A DNA stretch of 64,000 nt from an uncultured Candidatus Saccharibacteria bacterium (GTDB lineage: Bacteria > Patescibacteriota > Minisyncoccia > Phycocordibacterales > JAACPR01): contig CAZIEY010000002.1 of the NCBI GenBank assembly GCA_964538855.1, forward strand, positions 65,709 to 129,708, written 5' to 3'. The notes beneath the pieces were generated by a model. It was given only the letters and a program-made list of their open reading frames with translations. It did no database searches and had not been told where the DNA came from. Within the stretch, counting starts at the first letter, position 1, and each line of letters begins with the position of its first letter. The translations under genes were made by a program, and so were the position numbers. Below are positions 54,078 through 63,462 of the stretch, piece after piece.

Positions 54078-54134
54078 GTATATAAAAACTCATATTTCAC
54101 AATTCAAAAATGCTACAATATTTCCACCACTCAC

Positions 54135-54884
54135 ATGAAAATCATTGTAAACAACATCGCCACCGAATACACGGATGAGGGCTCTGGCCCAGTCATTTTG
54201 TGTTTACATGGATGGAAGGACAGTTTGCGAACATTTGATGCGCTCGAGCCGGCATTGCTCCAAAAAGGCCGAGTCATCGCCGTTGATTTGCCGGGCTTTG
54301 GCGAAACGGGAAATCCACCCGAAGCGTGGCAGGTTGGTGATTATGTGCAATTCGTCGCGGACTTTTTGAAAAAATTGAATGTCGAGGCGGACGTGCTCAT
54401 TGGCCACTCGTTCGGCGGGCGTATCATCATCAAGGGGCTTGGTGAAGGGAAATTGCGAGCTCAGAAAATAGTTTTGATCGCTTCCGCTGGAATCGTTCCT
54501 GAGAAAACGTGGCGAAGCCGTCTCGTCGCGATTGTCTCGCGTGCCGCGGCCGTTTTCTTCCGCATCCCGCCATTTCATTTTCTTCGCAATAAAATGCGCG
54601 CGATTTTCTATAAAAAAATCGGTAGCGATTATTTGAATGCCGGCGCTCTCCAGGAAACTTTCCTAAAAATTATTGCCGAAGATCTCTCTGACTACGCGCG
54701 ACGCATCACTATTCCGACCTTGCTCATCTGGGGCAAGCACGACAAGGCGACTCCTCTCGCGACCGCTGAAAAATTGCACGCGCTCATCGCTGGGTCTCGT
54801 CTCGAAGTTTTTCCCGACGCTGCTCATTTTGTGCATCATGAAAAAGCGGTGGAAGTCGGAGGGTTGATCAGTCGATTTTTGTAG
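54135..54884 (+). CDS. Alpha/beta fold hydrolase
   Basis: LHGW, DLPGFG, GHSFGG nucleophile elbow, WGKHD, AAHFVH. Confidence 0.92.
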   Translation: MKIIVNNIATEYTDEGSGPVILCLHGWKDSLRTFDALEPALLQKGRVIAVDLPGFGETGNPPEAWQVGDYVQFVADFLKKLNVEADVLIGHSFGGRIIIKGLGEGKLRAQKIVLIASAGIVPEKTWRSRLVAIVSRAAAVFFRIPPFHFLRNKMRAIFYKKIGSDYLNAGALQETFLKIIAEDLSDYARRITIPTLLIWGKHDKATPLATAEKLHALIAGSRLEVFPDAAHFVHHEKAVEVGGLISRFL

Positions 54885-55000
54885 TTATTGACATCGCCGT
54901 TTTAAAAGGGTAATAATATATTTAGAAGGAGGTAAAATCTGGCGTGTGCTAGGTTACTTCCGCTCTTTTTGTTGGAACTTAACTGGAGGATAGACGAATC

Positions 55001-55339
55001 ATGTATGCAAGAACCGTGTTGCAAATAACCACTTGGCATGATGACTTGGAATTCGTTATTCGAGAGCACAAAGCCAAAGGAAAATTCGGTTATTGGATTT
55101 CGCGGGGACCAGGAGGCCATATGGGACTTTTGTCGACCACTAATGCCGATTACCCTGTGACTGAAGCCCATGCATTCGAAGAGATTTCGAAGTTGCTTGA
55201 AAAAGCGCTCGAAGTCGCGGCATTGTTCGATGAAGGTGGTGGCCTTATGACCCGTGCTACTGTTGATCGAATTCTCTCTGATCTCAGGATAGGGAGGGTC
55301 GCGTCGACTTACAAATACAAACAACCGGCGATGACCTGA
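55001..55339 (+). CDS. Orphan protein (SD-led unit)
   Basis: GGAGG SD, TTGACA at ~54888, hairpin at 55357-55387. Confidence 0.7.
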   Translation: MYARTVLQITTWHDDLEFVIREHKAKGKFGYWISRGPGGHMGLLSTTNADYPVTEAHAFEEISKLLEKALEVAALFDEGGGLMTRATVDRILSDLRIGRVASTYKYKQPAMT

Positions 55340-55443
55340 GAAACCGACGCCTTCTGAAGACCTCGAACACCAGTTGTTCGGGGTCTTGCTTCATTATGTA
55401 ACTACTATTTAACCTCACCACATTTTAGTGATAAACTATTGGT

Positions 55444-56922
55444 ATGTTGAAAAGCTTTTTTAAAAAATTCCTCTCGCAATTTCACTATCGATTTCCGCGT
55501 AGTATTATTTATATGTTGCAAGTGAGCGAGTATAACATTCGCGACTATGTGCAGTGGTTGGATCGTGTGCATCATTTTGGTCGAGTTGAAGTGCGCAAAA
55601 CTCTTGTGCCGACCGCAAAATCGAAATTGATGCGAATCAAATTATGGGCAATTATCGTGGCGCTTTTTGCGGGGTCGATTGCTGGGTTCGTGTTCGCCGA
55701 TACTTTTTTTGAGAACCTGATCGCAGTCGTCGTGTTTTTATTCACGCCGATTTTGTCCGCGTATGTGATGGTTATTCCGGTCTTTTTCTTTGCGCTTCTT
55801 GTGCAGAAACCGCATGAGTGGCATATGATTCGTCAGGCTACCAAAAAATTGGCTGGGCATAAAGGCTTCAAAATCGCAATCGCTGGCAGTTATGGCAAGA
55901 CTTCGATGCGCAACATGCTCGCAACTGTTTTGCGCGAGGCAAAAAATGTGGCGACGCAAGAAAAAAACTTTAACACGTTGGCCGGTATTAGCCGCTTCAT
56001 TACAAATCTGAAAGGTGATGAGGAAGTGATCATTTTCGAGCTCGGCGAATACATGCCTGGTGATATTGCAAAAATGTGCACGATTATTCGGCCGGACCTC
56101 GGTATTGTGACGGGGATTAACGAGGCGCACCTACATAATTTCAAGAATGTAAACGCAACGGCGCACGAAATTTTTACGCTTGCTGATTTTGTCCACGACA
56201 AGCCGCTTTATGTGAACGGAGAAAATACTCGCGCGCGGCAATTTGTGGCGCACATGAACTCAAAGAATTTGCACGAATATTCTCGAGAGGGAATCGCGGT
56301 CGCACATGTGGCTGGTGCGAATTTCACCGTGTCCGAAGCTGAAACGGATTTGGATGGGGTGCGTTTTACTATCACTTGTGACGATACGCCGATTCGAGCA
56401 GAATCAGGATTGCTCGGGCTTCATCAAATTGGGCCGTTGTCTGCGGCGATTAAAATTGCACATGATATGGGTTTGACTCGTGAGCAGATCGAAGCTGGCA
56501 TCACTAAAACGCGCGCGTTTGAACATCGTCTCGAACCTAAAATAAATTCAGTTGGAGTAATTACGCTCGATGACAGTTACAATGGCAATCCTGATGGAGT
56601 GGTTGCGGTGATTGATTTTTTGGCGAGTCTCCGCAACACACGCCGATTTTATGTAACACCTGGTCTTGTCGAAATGGGGAGTGCGAGCGAAGCGGTCCAC
56701 CGCATGATTGGTCAGAAATTGGCTCGGTCCGGAATTGAAAACGTGGTGCTCATTCAAAATTCTGCGACACCCGATATCGAATTCGGACTTCTCGAAAATA
56801 AATATCCGGGCAAAATTATTACATTCCCAAACGCATTCGCGGCATTTGCGGCACTCGAACATTTGACGACGACAGGTGATGTGGTGCTTTTGCAAAATGA
56901 TTGGCCGGACCAGTATGCGTAA
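55444..56922 (+). CDS. murF: MurF-like ligase with N-terminal TM segments
   Basis: AGSYGKTS, NFNT, FELG, HRLE, DDSYNGNP, PGLVEMG, LLQND. Confidence 0.85.
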   Translation: MLKSFFKKFLSQFHYRFPRSIIYMLQVSEYNIRDYVQWLDRVHHFGRVEVRKTLVPTAKSKLMRIKLWAIIVALFAGSIAGFVFADTFFENLIAVVVFLFTPILSAYVMVIPVFFFALLVQKPHEWHMIRQATKKLAGHKGFKIAIAGSYGKTSMRNMLATVLREAKNVATQEKNFNTLAGISRFITNLKGDEEVIIFELGEYMPGDIAKMCTIIRPDLGIVTGINEAHLHNFKNVNATAHEIFTLADFVHDKPLYVNGENTRARQFVAHMNSKNLHEYSREGIAVAHVAGANFTVSEAETDLDGVRFTITCDDTPIRAESGLLGLHQIGPLSAAIKIAHDMGLTREQIEAGITKTRAFEHRLEPKINSVGVITLDDSYNGNPDGVVAVIDFLASLRNTRRFYVTPGLVEMGSASEAVHRMIGQKLARSGIENVVLIQNSATPDIEFGLLENKYPGKIITFPNAFAAFAALEHLTTTGDVVLLQNDWPDQYA

Positions 56923-56979
56923 ATAAAAAAACCTGCGTCGCCGTACGCAGGAAGGCCGCCGGCCTTTTCTTACTTTCAT

Positions 56980-57408
56980 TCACCCTTCGGCTACCACAAC
57001 CGCGGGATTGGATTTGTCGGCCGTCGCCCAGTCGCTGGTCGTCGAGTGCCCAGTCTTCTCGACCTCTGCGACAATTCTGTCGATCTGGGCATAGGTCATG
57101 ATACTGCCCCTGTCTTTGTGAGCTCTCGGGATGTACCTGACCACTTTTCTTAGGAGTTTGCGAATAATCTTCGCCCCCTCCTTCGAATCCTGGATTTTCA
57201 ACGACTTTCTCGTCATGAAGATCTTTTCGGGTTTTGGCCCCGGATCGAGTCGCATGAGAATCCGAAGTTCGTTATCTCCTCCGTTATGTCGTTTTCCGAC
57301 GATAAACTCCAGGCGGAGAGGATTTTCCCAGATCAACCTCCTGCGAGTTTTGGGTATCTTCACATTGGGTATCTTAACAGTACGTTTTTTCACAAGACGC
57401 TTCTTCAC
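56980..57408 (-). CDS. Orphan basic protein (SD-led unit)
   Basis: GGAGG SD, GTG start, Lys/Arg-rich N terminus, terminator CCTGCGT...ACGCAGG-TTTTTT. Confidence 0.7.
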   Translation of the reverse strand: MKKRLVKKRTVKIPNVKIPKTRRRLIWENPLRLEFIVGKRHNGGDNELRILMRLDPGPKPEKIFMTRKSLKIQDSKEGAKIIRKLLRKVVRYIPRAHKDRGSIMTYAQIDRIVAEVEKTGHSTTSDWATADKSNPAVVVAEG

Positions 57409-57553
57409 GGCACATTCCTCCGTTTGAGCCTAAGGAACAGAACCCACCTGGCGCATGCCAAGTTTCGCTTCCTTCTAATGTACCTTTCTACCTAAAATTG
57501 CTAAATGTGTCAAACCTCGCGCCCATCTCGGAACTTGTGCTAAAATAAATCCC

Positions 57554-58891
57554 ATGAACACCACCCGTAAAACAGTCGCCGTTATTTTTGGAGGTCGCAG
57601 CGCCGAGCACGACGTTTCGATTATCACCGCACACAATCCAATTATCGAGTCGCTTCTCGCAACCAATTTGTACGAAGTTGTGCCAGTTTACATTTCCAAA
57701 AAAGGCGTGTGGTATTCCGATGTGGCAATGAACGATTTGGCTTTCTTCAAAAATCCGGCGTATGAACAAAATTTGGAAAAGACAAAACCAGTTTCAATTT
57801 CGGTGAATGGCGCTTTCGAATTAATTTGGCATGGACTACGCGACAAGCGCGTCAAAATCGATCTTGTGTTTCCTGCAATGCACGGAACATACGGCGAGGA
57901 CGGTTCGCTCATGGGATTGCTCCGTATGGCGAATGTGCCATTTGTGGGATGTGATTTGTTTGCATCGGCCGTTGCGATGGACAAAGTCTTGACCAAAGAC
58001 CTTGTGAAATCAAATGGTGTGCCAGTCGTGCCTCATGTGTGGTTTACCGCGTCTGATTGGGCTGATAAAACAAAACGCGTCGCTTTAAAAACAGAAATGA
58101 TGAAATTGATGAAGGTCGAGATTCCTGATCCTACTCCGACGCCAGCACCTGTGGTGGAACCGGTTGTAGAGGTTGCGCCAATGTCGGCGGGGGAAGTTTC
58201 TTTGGAAAATCCTGTTGCACCAGCACCAGCCCCCGCTCCTGTCGAAGCTCCAAAACCAATTTTCAAAATACGCCCGCTTTTCGTAAAGCCAGTGCACCTT
58301 GGCTCTTCGATCGGAATCACAAAGGTCAAAACTGAACGCGAATTGGACAACGCGATAGAAGTTGCGCTTCACTATGACGACAAGGTGCTTGTCGAACTTG
58401 GTGTTGAAAATTTGATCGAGGTCACTTTGCCGATGATCGGAAACGACGTCGTGGAATTTGCAGCAATCGAACGCCCTTTGAACAAAGGAGAATTTTTGGA
58501 TTACAATGAAAAATATTTAAAGGGTGGTAAAAAGGGTGGAGGAGTCAATAGTGGCGACCAACGAGAAATTCCCGCAAAAATTGACGATGAATTATCTGCG
58601 CGTGTTCGTGAAATCGGCGAGAAGACTTACAAGACACTTGGGTGTACTGGAATCGCTCGTGTTGACATGCTTATTGATTCAATGGCGCGTACTGTTTTCA
58701 TGAACGAAGTGAACACTTTGCCAGGCAGTCTCTATGCGCACAATTGGCGCCGAGTCGGGGTCTCAAATATCGACCTTATCACGAAACTAATCACATTTGC
58801 CGAGGCTCGCTTTGCAGCACAAAACAAAATTACACACACATTCAATTCTACAATTTTGCAAAAGTCAGGAGGTGGAAAAAAGCTGGGCTAG
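57554..58891 (+). CDS. ddl: D-alanine--D-alanine ligase with Pro-rich insertion
   Basis: GGRSAEHDVS, MHGTYGEDG, FVKPVHLGSSIG, DYNEKY, NEVNTLPG. Confidence 0.9.
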   Translation: MNTTRKTVAVIFGGRSAEHDVSIITAHNPIIESLLATNLYEVVPVYISKKGVWYSDVAMNDLAFFKNPAYEQNLEKTKPVSISVNGAFELIWHGLRDKRVKIDLVFPAMHGTYGEDGSLMGLLRMANVPFVGCDLFASAVAMDKVLTKDLVKSNGVPVVPHVWFTASDWADKTKRVALKTEMMKLMKVEIPDPTPTPAPVVEPVVEVAPMSAGEVSLENPVAPAPAPAPVEAPKPIFKIRPLFVKPVHLGSSIGITKVKTERELDNAIEVALHYDDKVLVELGVENLIEVTLPMIGNDVVEFAAIERPLNKGEFLDYNEKYLKGGKKGGGVNSGDQREIPAKIDDELSARVREIGEKTYKTLGCTGIARVDMLIDSMARTVFMNEVNTLPGSLYAHNWRRVGVSNIDLITKLITFAEARFAAQNKITHTFNSTILQKSGGGKKLG

Positions 58892-59034
58892 GAACAATCC
58901 CTCTTGGTTCTATTGCGTGGTAACATAATATGTGCTATAGTATTTTCTGGTTTTTTCAGGGTTTCCAGATGTGACTGATGTCATGTCGCCCTTGTTCGTT
59001 GAATCGTTTGTTGGATTGTGAAGAAGGGGTTTTC

Positions 59035-59304
59035 ATGAGAATTTCCATTGATCGACGCGCTGGCTGTATTGTAGTTGAAGCCGACGCGAAGAGTAAGACC
59101 GAAACTGCAATTAGAATGATGGAAGATCTCCATCAGCATGGTCAACTCAAAGATGTGACCGAGATTAAGATCAGGGGCTTCGTACGAGCTGCGGCCGAAA
59201 GGGTGCTTCTTATCATCGCCCGAAGGGTTGCGTTTGTGCGGGAATACATCTACGATGATGCCGCTCAGGATTACCTCGTCTACGATGAGACTGAACCCGC
59301 TTAA
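59035..59304 (+). CDS. Orphan protein (SD-led unit)
   Basis: GAAGGGG SD before ATG 59035; TGcTATAGT extended -10 upstream. Confidence 0.65.
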   Translation: MRISIDRRAGCIVVEADAKSKTETAIRMMEDLHQHGQLKDVTEIKIRGFVRAAAERVLLIIARRVAFVREYIYDDAAQDYLVYDETEPA

Positions 59305-59387
59305 CCGCGGCACCAAGACAATAAGACTTTTATTTAAATCTTCAACCACAAACGAAAAAATCGCGTGCCACATCAGCCGCGATTTTT

Positions 59388-59693
59388 TCAATTTATTCTC
59401 GCTTTTTCAAAAGCCTCGGTAAGAAAATTCGCGACATCCGAAAGTCCGGGTAAAAATCCCATTAATTTTAAAATCCAACCAGCGAGAATTACAAAAGCGG
59501 TTGCACCAACGATGATGCCAGCTCCGCGCAACATTCCTCCCCAAAACATATGACCCCAACCAAACATTTTTAAGCTTCGATCGATTGATTCGCGTAGTTT
59601 TACAACTTCCTCTGCCATGTTTGCACGTGGCGCAATAATATTTGATTTGTTATTAAGCTCTTCTTGAATTGATTCTAGTTCTGTGTCGGCCAT
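59388..59693 (-). CDS. Small membrane protein, DUF5665-like
   Basis: FWGGMLRGAGIIVGAT Gly-rich TM; TGtTACAAT 6 nt before ATG. Confidence 0.65.
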   Translation of the reverse strand: MADTELESIQEELNNKSNIIAPRANMAEEVVKLRESIDRSLKMFGWGHMFWGGMLRGAGIIVGATAFVILAGWILKLMGFLPGLSDVANFLTEAFEKARIN

Positions 59694-59966
59694 GGGAATA
59701 TTGTAACATTAAAAAAGTGCGGACGAAAAGATTCATCCGCAGCACGCTTATTGCCACACTGTCAAATATGTGCTATTGACAAATATATCACATATGATAT
59801 ATTTACCATAAGACAGAAAGTTCATTAAAAACTCAACCGGCCCATTCTCCTGTAGACGGCATTGTTGATTTAATGATGGTTTTTACTGGGGAGGGGGTAG
59901 GATGGCAATCAGGCTATCGCGAGCGCAGTCGAGCGCACGTCAAACCTTCTCGTAAAAATCAACCAT

Positions 59967-60146
59967 ATGAAGATTTTCCGGGTATTAGGAATCGCCTTGT
60001 TTATAGTCGTCCTACGCGCCCTCGCGCCGAGCCTCTGGCACGCGCTTGAGGGCACCCTCCTGACGTTCTTTGAGACACTGCAAAAACTGCTCGCGATGAG
60101 TACAAACTTTGCAGCGTCAGGACCAGGAATTTGGATACCTCAATAG
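59967..60146 (+). CDS. 59-aa membrane protein (below ORF-track cutoff)
   Basis: MKIFRVLGIALFIVVLRALAPSLWHALEGTLLTFFETLQKLLAMSTNFAASGPGIWIPQ; terminator at 60161-60189. Confidence 0.6.
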   Translation: MKIFRVLGIALFIVVLRALAPSLWHALEGTLLTFFETLQKLLAMSTNFAASGPGIWIPQ

Positions 60147-60251
60147 GGTGTCCACATGCAAAACCGCATCTATACAGGTGCGGTTTTTTGATTATGTAAT
60201 CACACTCGTTCTACTTTCAAAAAAGCGCCTTTGTGCTATACTCTTTTGCAT

Positions 60252-60335
60252 GCGCGGGTGGCGAAATTGGTAGACGCACTACCTTGAGGTGGTAACGCTC
60301 GCAAGGGCATGGAGGTTCGAGTCCTCTCTCGCGCA
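60252..60335 (+). tRNA. tRNA-Leu(GAG)
   Basis: GCGCGGG acceptor stem, anticodon loop TTGAGGT, long variable arm, GGTTCGAGTCC. Confidence 0.93.
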
Positions 60336-60493
60336 CATCAATGTGTCTGATTGACATATTACCTATAAATTGTGTAGTATTAGCCACGGCGTTATTGAAC
60401 CTTAACCCGAGCTGTCTTCGGACATCTCACACTGGCTTAATCAACCCGTGTCATTCAAAATCACCGATTGATTATCGGTTGTAGGAGAAGCAA

Positions 60494-61204
60494 ATGCATT
60501 CGGAACACCAGAAAACCTGGCGCGAGTTGTTAAACGGGCCGCGCGGGTGGGTCTTTGTTTGGTTGATGCTCATAATCGTTCTGTCCACAACGTGTGGCAG
60601 AACCGCAGAGGTGGAGGGTGGAGGATTTAACTTCACCGCGAGCGGCGAGCTGATCAATCTTCCAGCGTTCACACACGCGCATTTAACCCACCGAGGAGAT
60701 TCTTTCTTGCCGAATTCCCAGGCGTCTGGGTCGGCGGGGACGACCTCTGTTGGGGGATCGTGGGAGCCATTTTGTGCAATCGGGGTTGAATATCAACGAC
60801 CTTTGATTGCGGACAAGCTTCAGCTTTCTGTGGCTGGATCATTGATGCTCAGTGACGAGCGTGATCAGGTGCAGAATAAAAACGATTCGCGCCCTGCCTC
60901 TGAATCGGCCTATGTTTTTTCCTCCGCTGAATGCGGTGGAAATGCGCAAGTAGGCTTACTCTATAATCTGGCACCATCAATCGGTGTTGGAGTAGTGGGG
61001 CAACTCACTGTCATTAGTGAGAGATACGGATGGAACCGGTTCGGTGAGGATGAAACGAGTGGAAGGCAATTCCATCCGTTTATGTCCGTTGGACCAAAAG
61101 TCCATTGGGCGTTTTGCAAAACTCAGAGGCTAGAGTTTGCCGTACTTGCCGGCGAATTGACTAGTTTTCGGGTGATGTGGTTGCTTGAGGTGGGTGATCC
61201 GTAA
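60494..61204 (+). CDS. Orphan exported beta-rich protein (SD-led unit)
   Basis: AGGAG SD, N-terminal hydrophobic helix, alternating beta-strand patterns. Confidence 0.7.
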   Translation: MHSEHQKTWRELLNGPRGWVFVWLMLIIVLSTTCGRTAEVEGGGFNFTASGELINLPAFTHAHLTHRGDSFLPNSQASGSAGTTSVGGSWEPFCAIGVEYQRPLIADKLQLSVAGSLMLSDERDQVQNKNDSRPASESAYVFSSAECGGNAQVGLLYNLAPSIGVGVVGQLTVISERYGWNRFGEDETSGRQFHPFMSVGPKVHWAFCKTQRLEFAVLAGELTSFRVMWLLEVGDP

Positions 61205-61269
61205 AGGAGGAGGCGGACCCTTTTTTTTGGGGAGGTGAATCGTGCGCACGATTCACCTCTTTTTTCAAT

Positions 61270-61854
61270 TTAATTAAGCGGATATTTTTTATATTCCTCC
61301 AATAATTGTTTCCCGTGAATGAGTCTTGAAAAAGCCTCGGCTTCGAGTCGCGCGCCATTAATTGCGATATGCGGTTTCGGTTCTTCTGGCAATCCTAAAT
61401 ATTTTAAGGTATCGTCGAGTCGTATCGACGGTTTCGTGTTGTTCATTGGGATCGGTATTCCTTTTTTCAAATGTTCGGCGTATGAAATGGAGTGGAGATC
61501 GATAAAATGACGCGGGAAGAAATATTCAATTTTGGCTCGCGCACATGCCGCTTGTAAATATTCGATGTCTTTGGAAATAAATTGACCCGCGATAATTTTC
61601 ATCGTGTTTTGACGTGCGACCCATGCGGCGAATCGCGCGACTAGTTCTGCTTCAGATTGTTTGCGCGGATCGGTCGCTTGCTCCATTGTGTAACCATTGA
61701 CGAACATTCCATCTTCGGTAAAAGTCGCACCGTCGAATGCACGACACTCTTCGTAAAATTGTTCAGTTGGGTTATCAAAATTAATTGCGCCAATGCTTAA
61801 AATGCTGCATGTGTCTGCGTCGAGCCCAGTTGCTTCTATGTCGGTAATTATCAT
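61270..61854 (-). CDS. DEDDh 3'-5' exonuclease
   Basis: ITDIEATGLD, KDIEYL, IDLHS, PHIAINGA. Confidence 0.85.
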   Translation of the reverse strand: MIITDIEATGLDADTCSILSIGAINFDNPTEQFYEECRAFDGATFTEDGMFVNGYTMEQATDPRKQSEAELVARFAAWVARQNTMKIIAGQFISKDIEYLQAACARAKIEYFFPRHFIDLHSISYAEHLKKGIPIPMNNTKPSIRLDDTLKYLGLPEEPKPHIAINGARLEAEAFSRLIHGKQLLEEYKKYPLN

Positions 61855-61957
61855 GTGGTATATTGTAGCACTCACGCCATGTACTTAAAAATGAAAAAGA
61901 GCCCGCATATGTAAGAGGGAGGACTCTTTTTCATGGGGCTCGTTTTTACCAGAACCA

Positions 61958-62194
61958 CTAGTGGCTCTTGAAGGTGTTGATGGCACTCGCGACCAGAAGG
62001 GCACGGAGGTGGCCAGGAAAACGTCTTCCGATACACTCATCTTGTATCACCCGGGTAATTGCTTTTTGTTGGTCTACGGATATTTTCACACCCCAGTTCG
62101 TCGCAAGAATTATGGTTTCCAGAAACTCTTTAGTTTCATCACCTCGATATGATGGCTGGGTAAGCAAAGTCCGCAGAAACGTGCGTGCATTCAT
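61958..62194 (-). CDS. Orphan protein (SD-led unit)
   Basis: AAGGAG SD; hairpin AAAAAGAG...CTCTTTTT downstream. Confidence 0.65.
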   Translation of the reverse strand: MNARTFLRTLLTQPSYRGDETKEFLETIILATNWGVKISVDQQKAITRVIQDECIGRRFPGHLRALLVASAINTFKSH

Positions 62195-62315
62195 GAGATC
62201 TTCTCCTTGCGTTGGATTGGTTTTTCGAAAAGGTCATTCCTCCACGTCTTGAATTACAATACTCCAATGAAATTTAGTTTGCAAGACATGGTTATTTGAC
62301 TATTGTATTTATATG

Positions 62316-62388
62316 TGGACCGGAGAGGACTCGAACCCCCTACCTCCTCAGTGCAAGTGAGGCGCTCTACCAGGTGAGCTACCGGCCC
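62316..62388 (-). tRNA. tRNA-Ala(TGC)
   Basis: GGGCCGG acceptor with G3:U70, CCTCA-CTTGCAC-TGAGG anticodon arm, GGTTCGAGTCC. Confidence 0.95.
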
Positions 62389-62478
62389 TTAATTAGGACT
62401 TTGATTATTCTACCTGCTTTGGCTAATAAATCAAGTCCAATATGCGATTTCGTTGGTATAATAAAAGCAACTGGGTCT

Positions 62479-63462
62479 ATGCGACGTACAAAATTACATC
62501 ACAAAATTCGGAATCATGTGGCGCGAAATTATGCTTTTTTCATATTCGTCTCTGTTTTTGCTGGTGTTTATCTATTGTCGAATTCGGTGCGTAGTGATAA
62601 GCCGGAAATTGTTTTCATTAAAGCTGCGAGCGAAGAGACTATCTTGCAAGAGTTAGACGACCGTGGATTTTTCAAAAACCGTCCGACATATTGGTTTGTT
62701 TCGGCTCTCGCTCGGTTCGACGAGAAAATTCAATCGGGCGGATATGTTGTGTCGCGAAACGCGAATGCAATTGCACTCTATTCAGAATTACGTGATCCGT
62801 CGTATCGATATGTGGCGATTCAGGAGGGTTTGCGCAAGGAAGAGATTGCTGAAAGATATGCCAAGGTGTTGGATTGGGATCCGGCAAAAACCGCCGAATT
62901 TCAAGCGAGTCCAAACGCCTGCCTCTATTCTGGTCGCGAAGGGAGACTTTATCCTGGAGAATATTTGGTTTCCAAGGATGTGAGTATTCAAAAAATTCAG
63001 GATGAAATGGAAAATAATTTTGCGAACGCTTTTTCGAGCGTAATTTCGACCGAGAAAGAAAAAACTCTCGACGAAGATCAGATTGTAATTGTCGCCTCGC
63101 TCATTCAACGCGAGGCGGCCGGCGCGCACGATATGCGTCTCATTTCTGGCATCATTTGGAATCGCATTTTTGCAGGTATGCCGCTACAACTGGACGCGAC
63201 GTTGCAATATGCAAAAGGGGACGATGGCAAATGGTGGCCTCAGGTGAAATCCGAGGATAAATTTCTAGATTCGCCGTTCAACACGTATCAAAACGCGGGG
63301 CTTCCGCCGGCACCAATCGCAAATCCTGGCAAAGCGGCGCTCGATGCGGCTGCAAACCCGATCAAAACCGATTGTCTCTTTTACTTGCATGATCGCAACC
63401 GCACAATTCATTGTTCGCCGACCTATGAAGGGCATTTGCTGAATATTAAAAATTATTTGTAA
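62479..63462 (+). CDS. mltG: Endolytic transglycosylase MltG
   Basis: EGRLYP, ASLIQRE, MPLQLDAT, SPFNTY, GLPPAPIANPG; start moved to ATG 62479, past the tRNA. Confidence 0.92.
   Translation: MRRTKLHHKIRNHVARNYAFFIFVSVFAGVYLLSNSVRSDKPEIVFIKAASEETILQELDDRGFFKNRPTYWFVSALARFDEKIQSGGYVVSRNANAIALYSELRDPSYRYVAIQEGLRKEEIAERYAKVLDWDPAKTAEFQASPNACLYSGREGRLYPGEYLVSKDVSIQKIQDEMENNFANAFSSVISTEKEKTLDEDQIVIVASLIQREAAGAHDMRLISGIIWNRIFAGMPLQLDATLQYAKGDDGKWWPQVKSEDKFLDSPFNTYQNAGLPPAPIANPGKAALDAAANPIKTDCLFYLHDRNRTIHCSPTYEGHLLNIKNYL

Noticed and set aside
60336-62316. Prophage or island integrated at tRNA-Leu or tRNA-Ala
   Set aside because: No integrase and no duplicated tRNA 3' end; the exonuclease in between has core-type leaderless signals.
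62296-62478. N-terminal extension of mltG in the ORF track
   Set aside because: Overlaps tRNA-Ala on the opposite strand; ATG 62479 follows a TATAAT.
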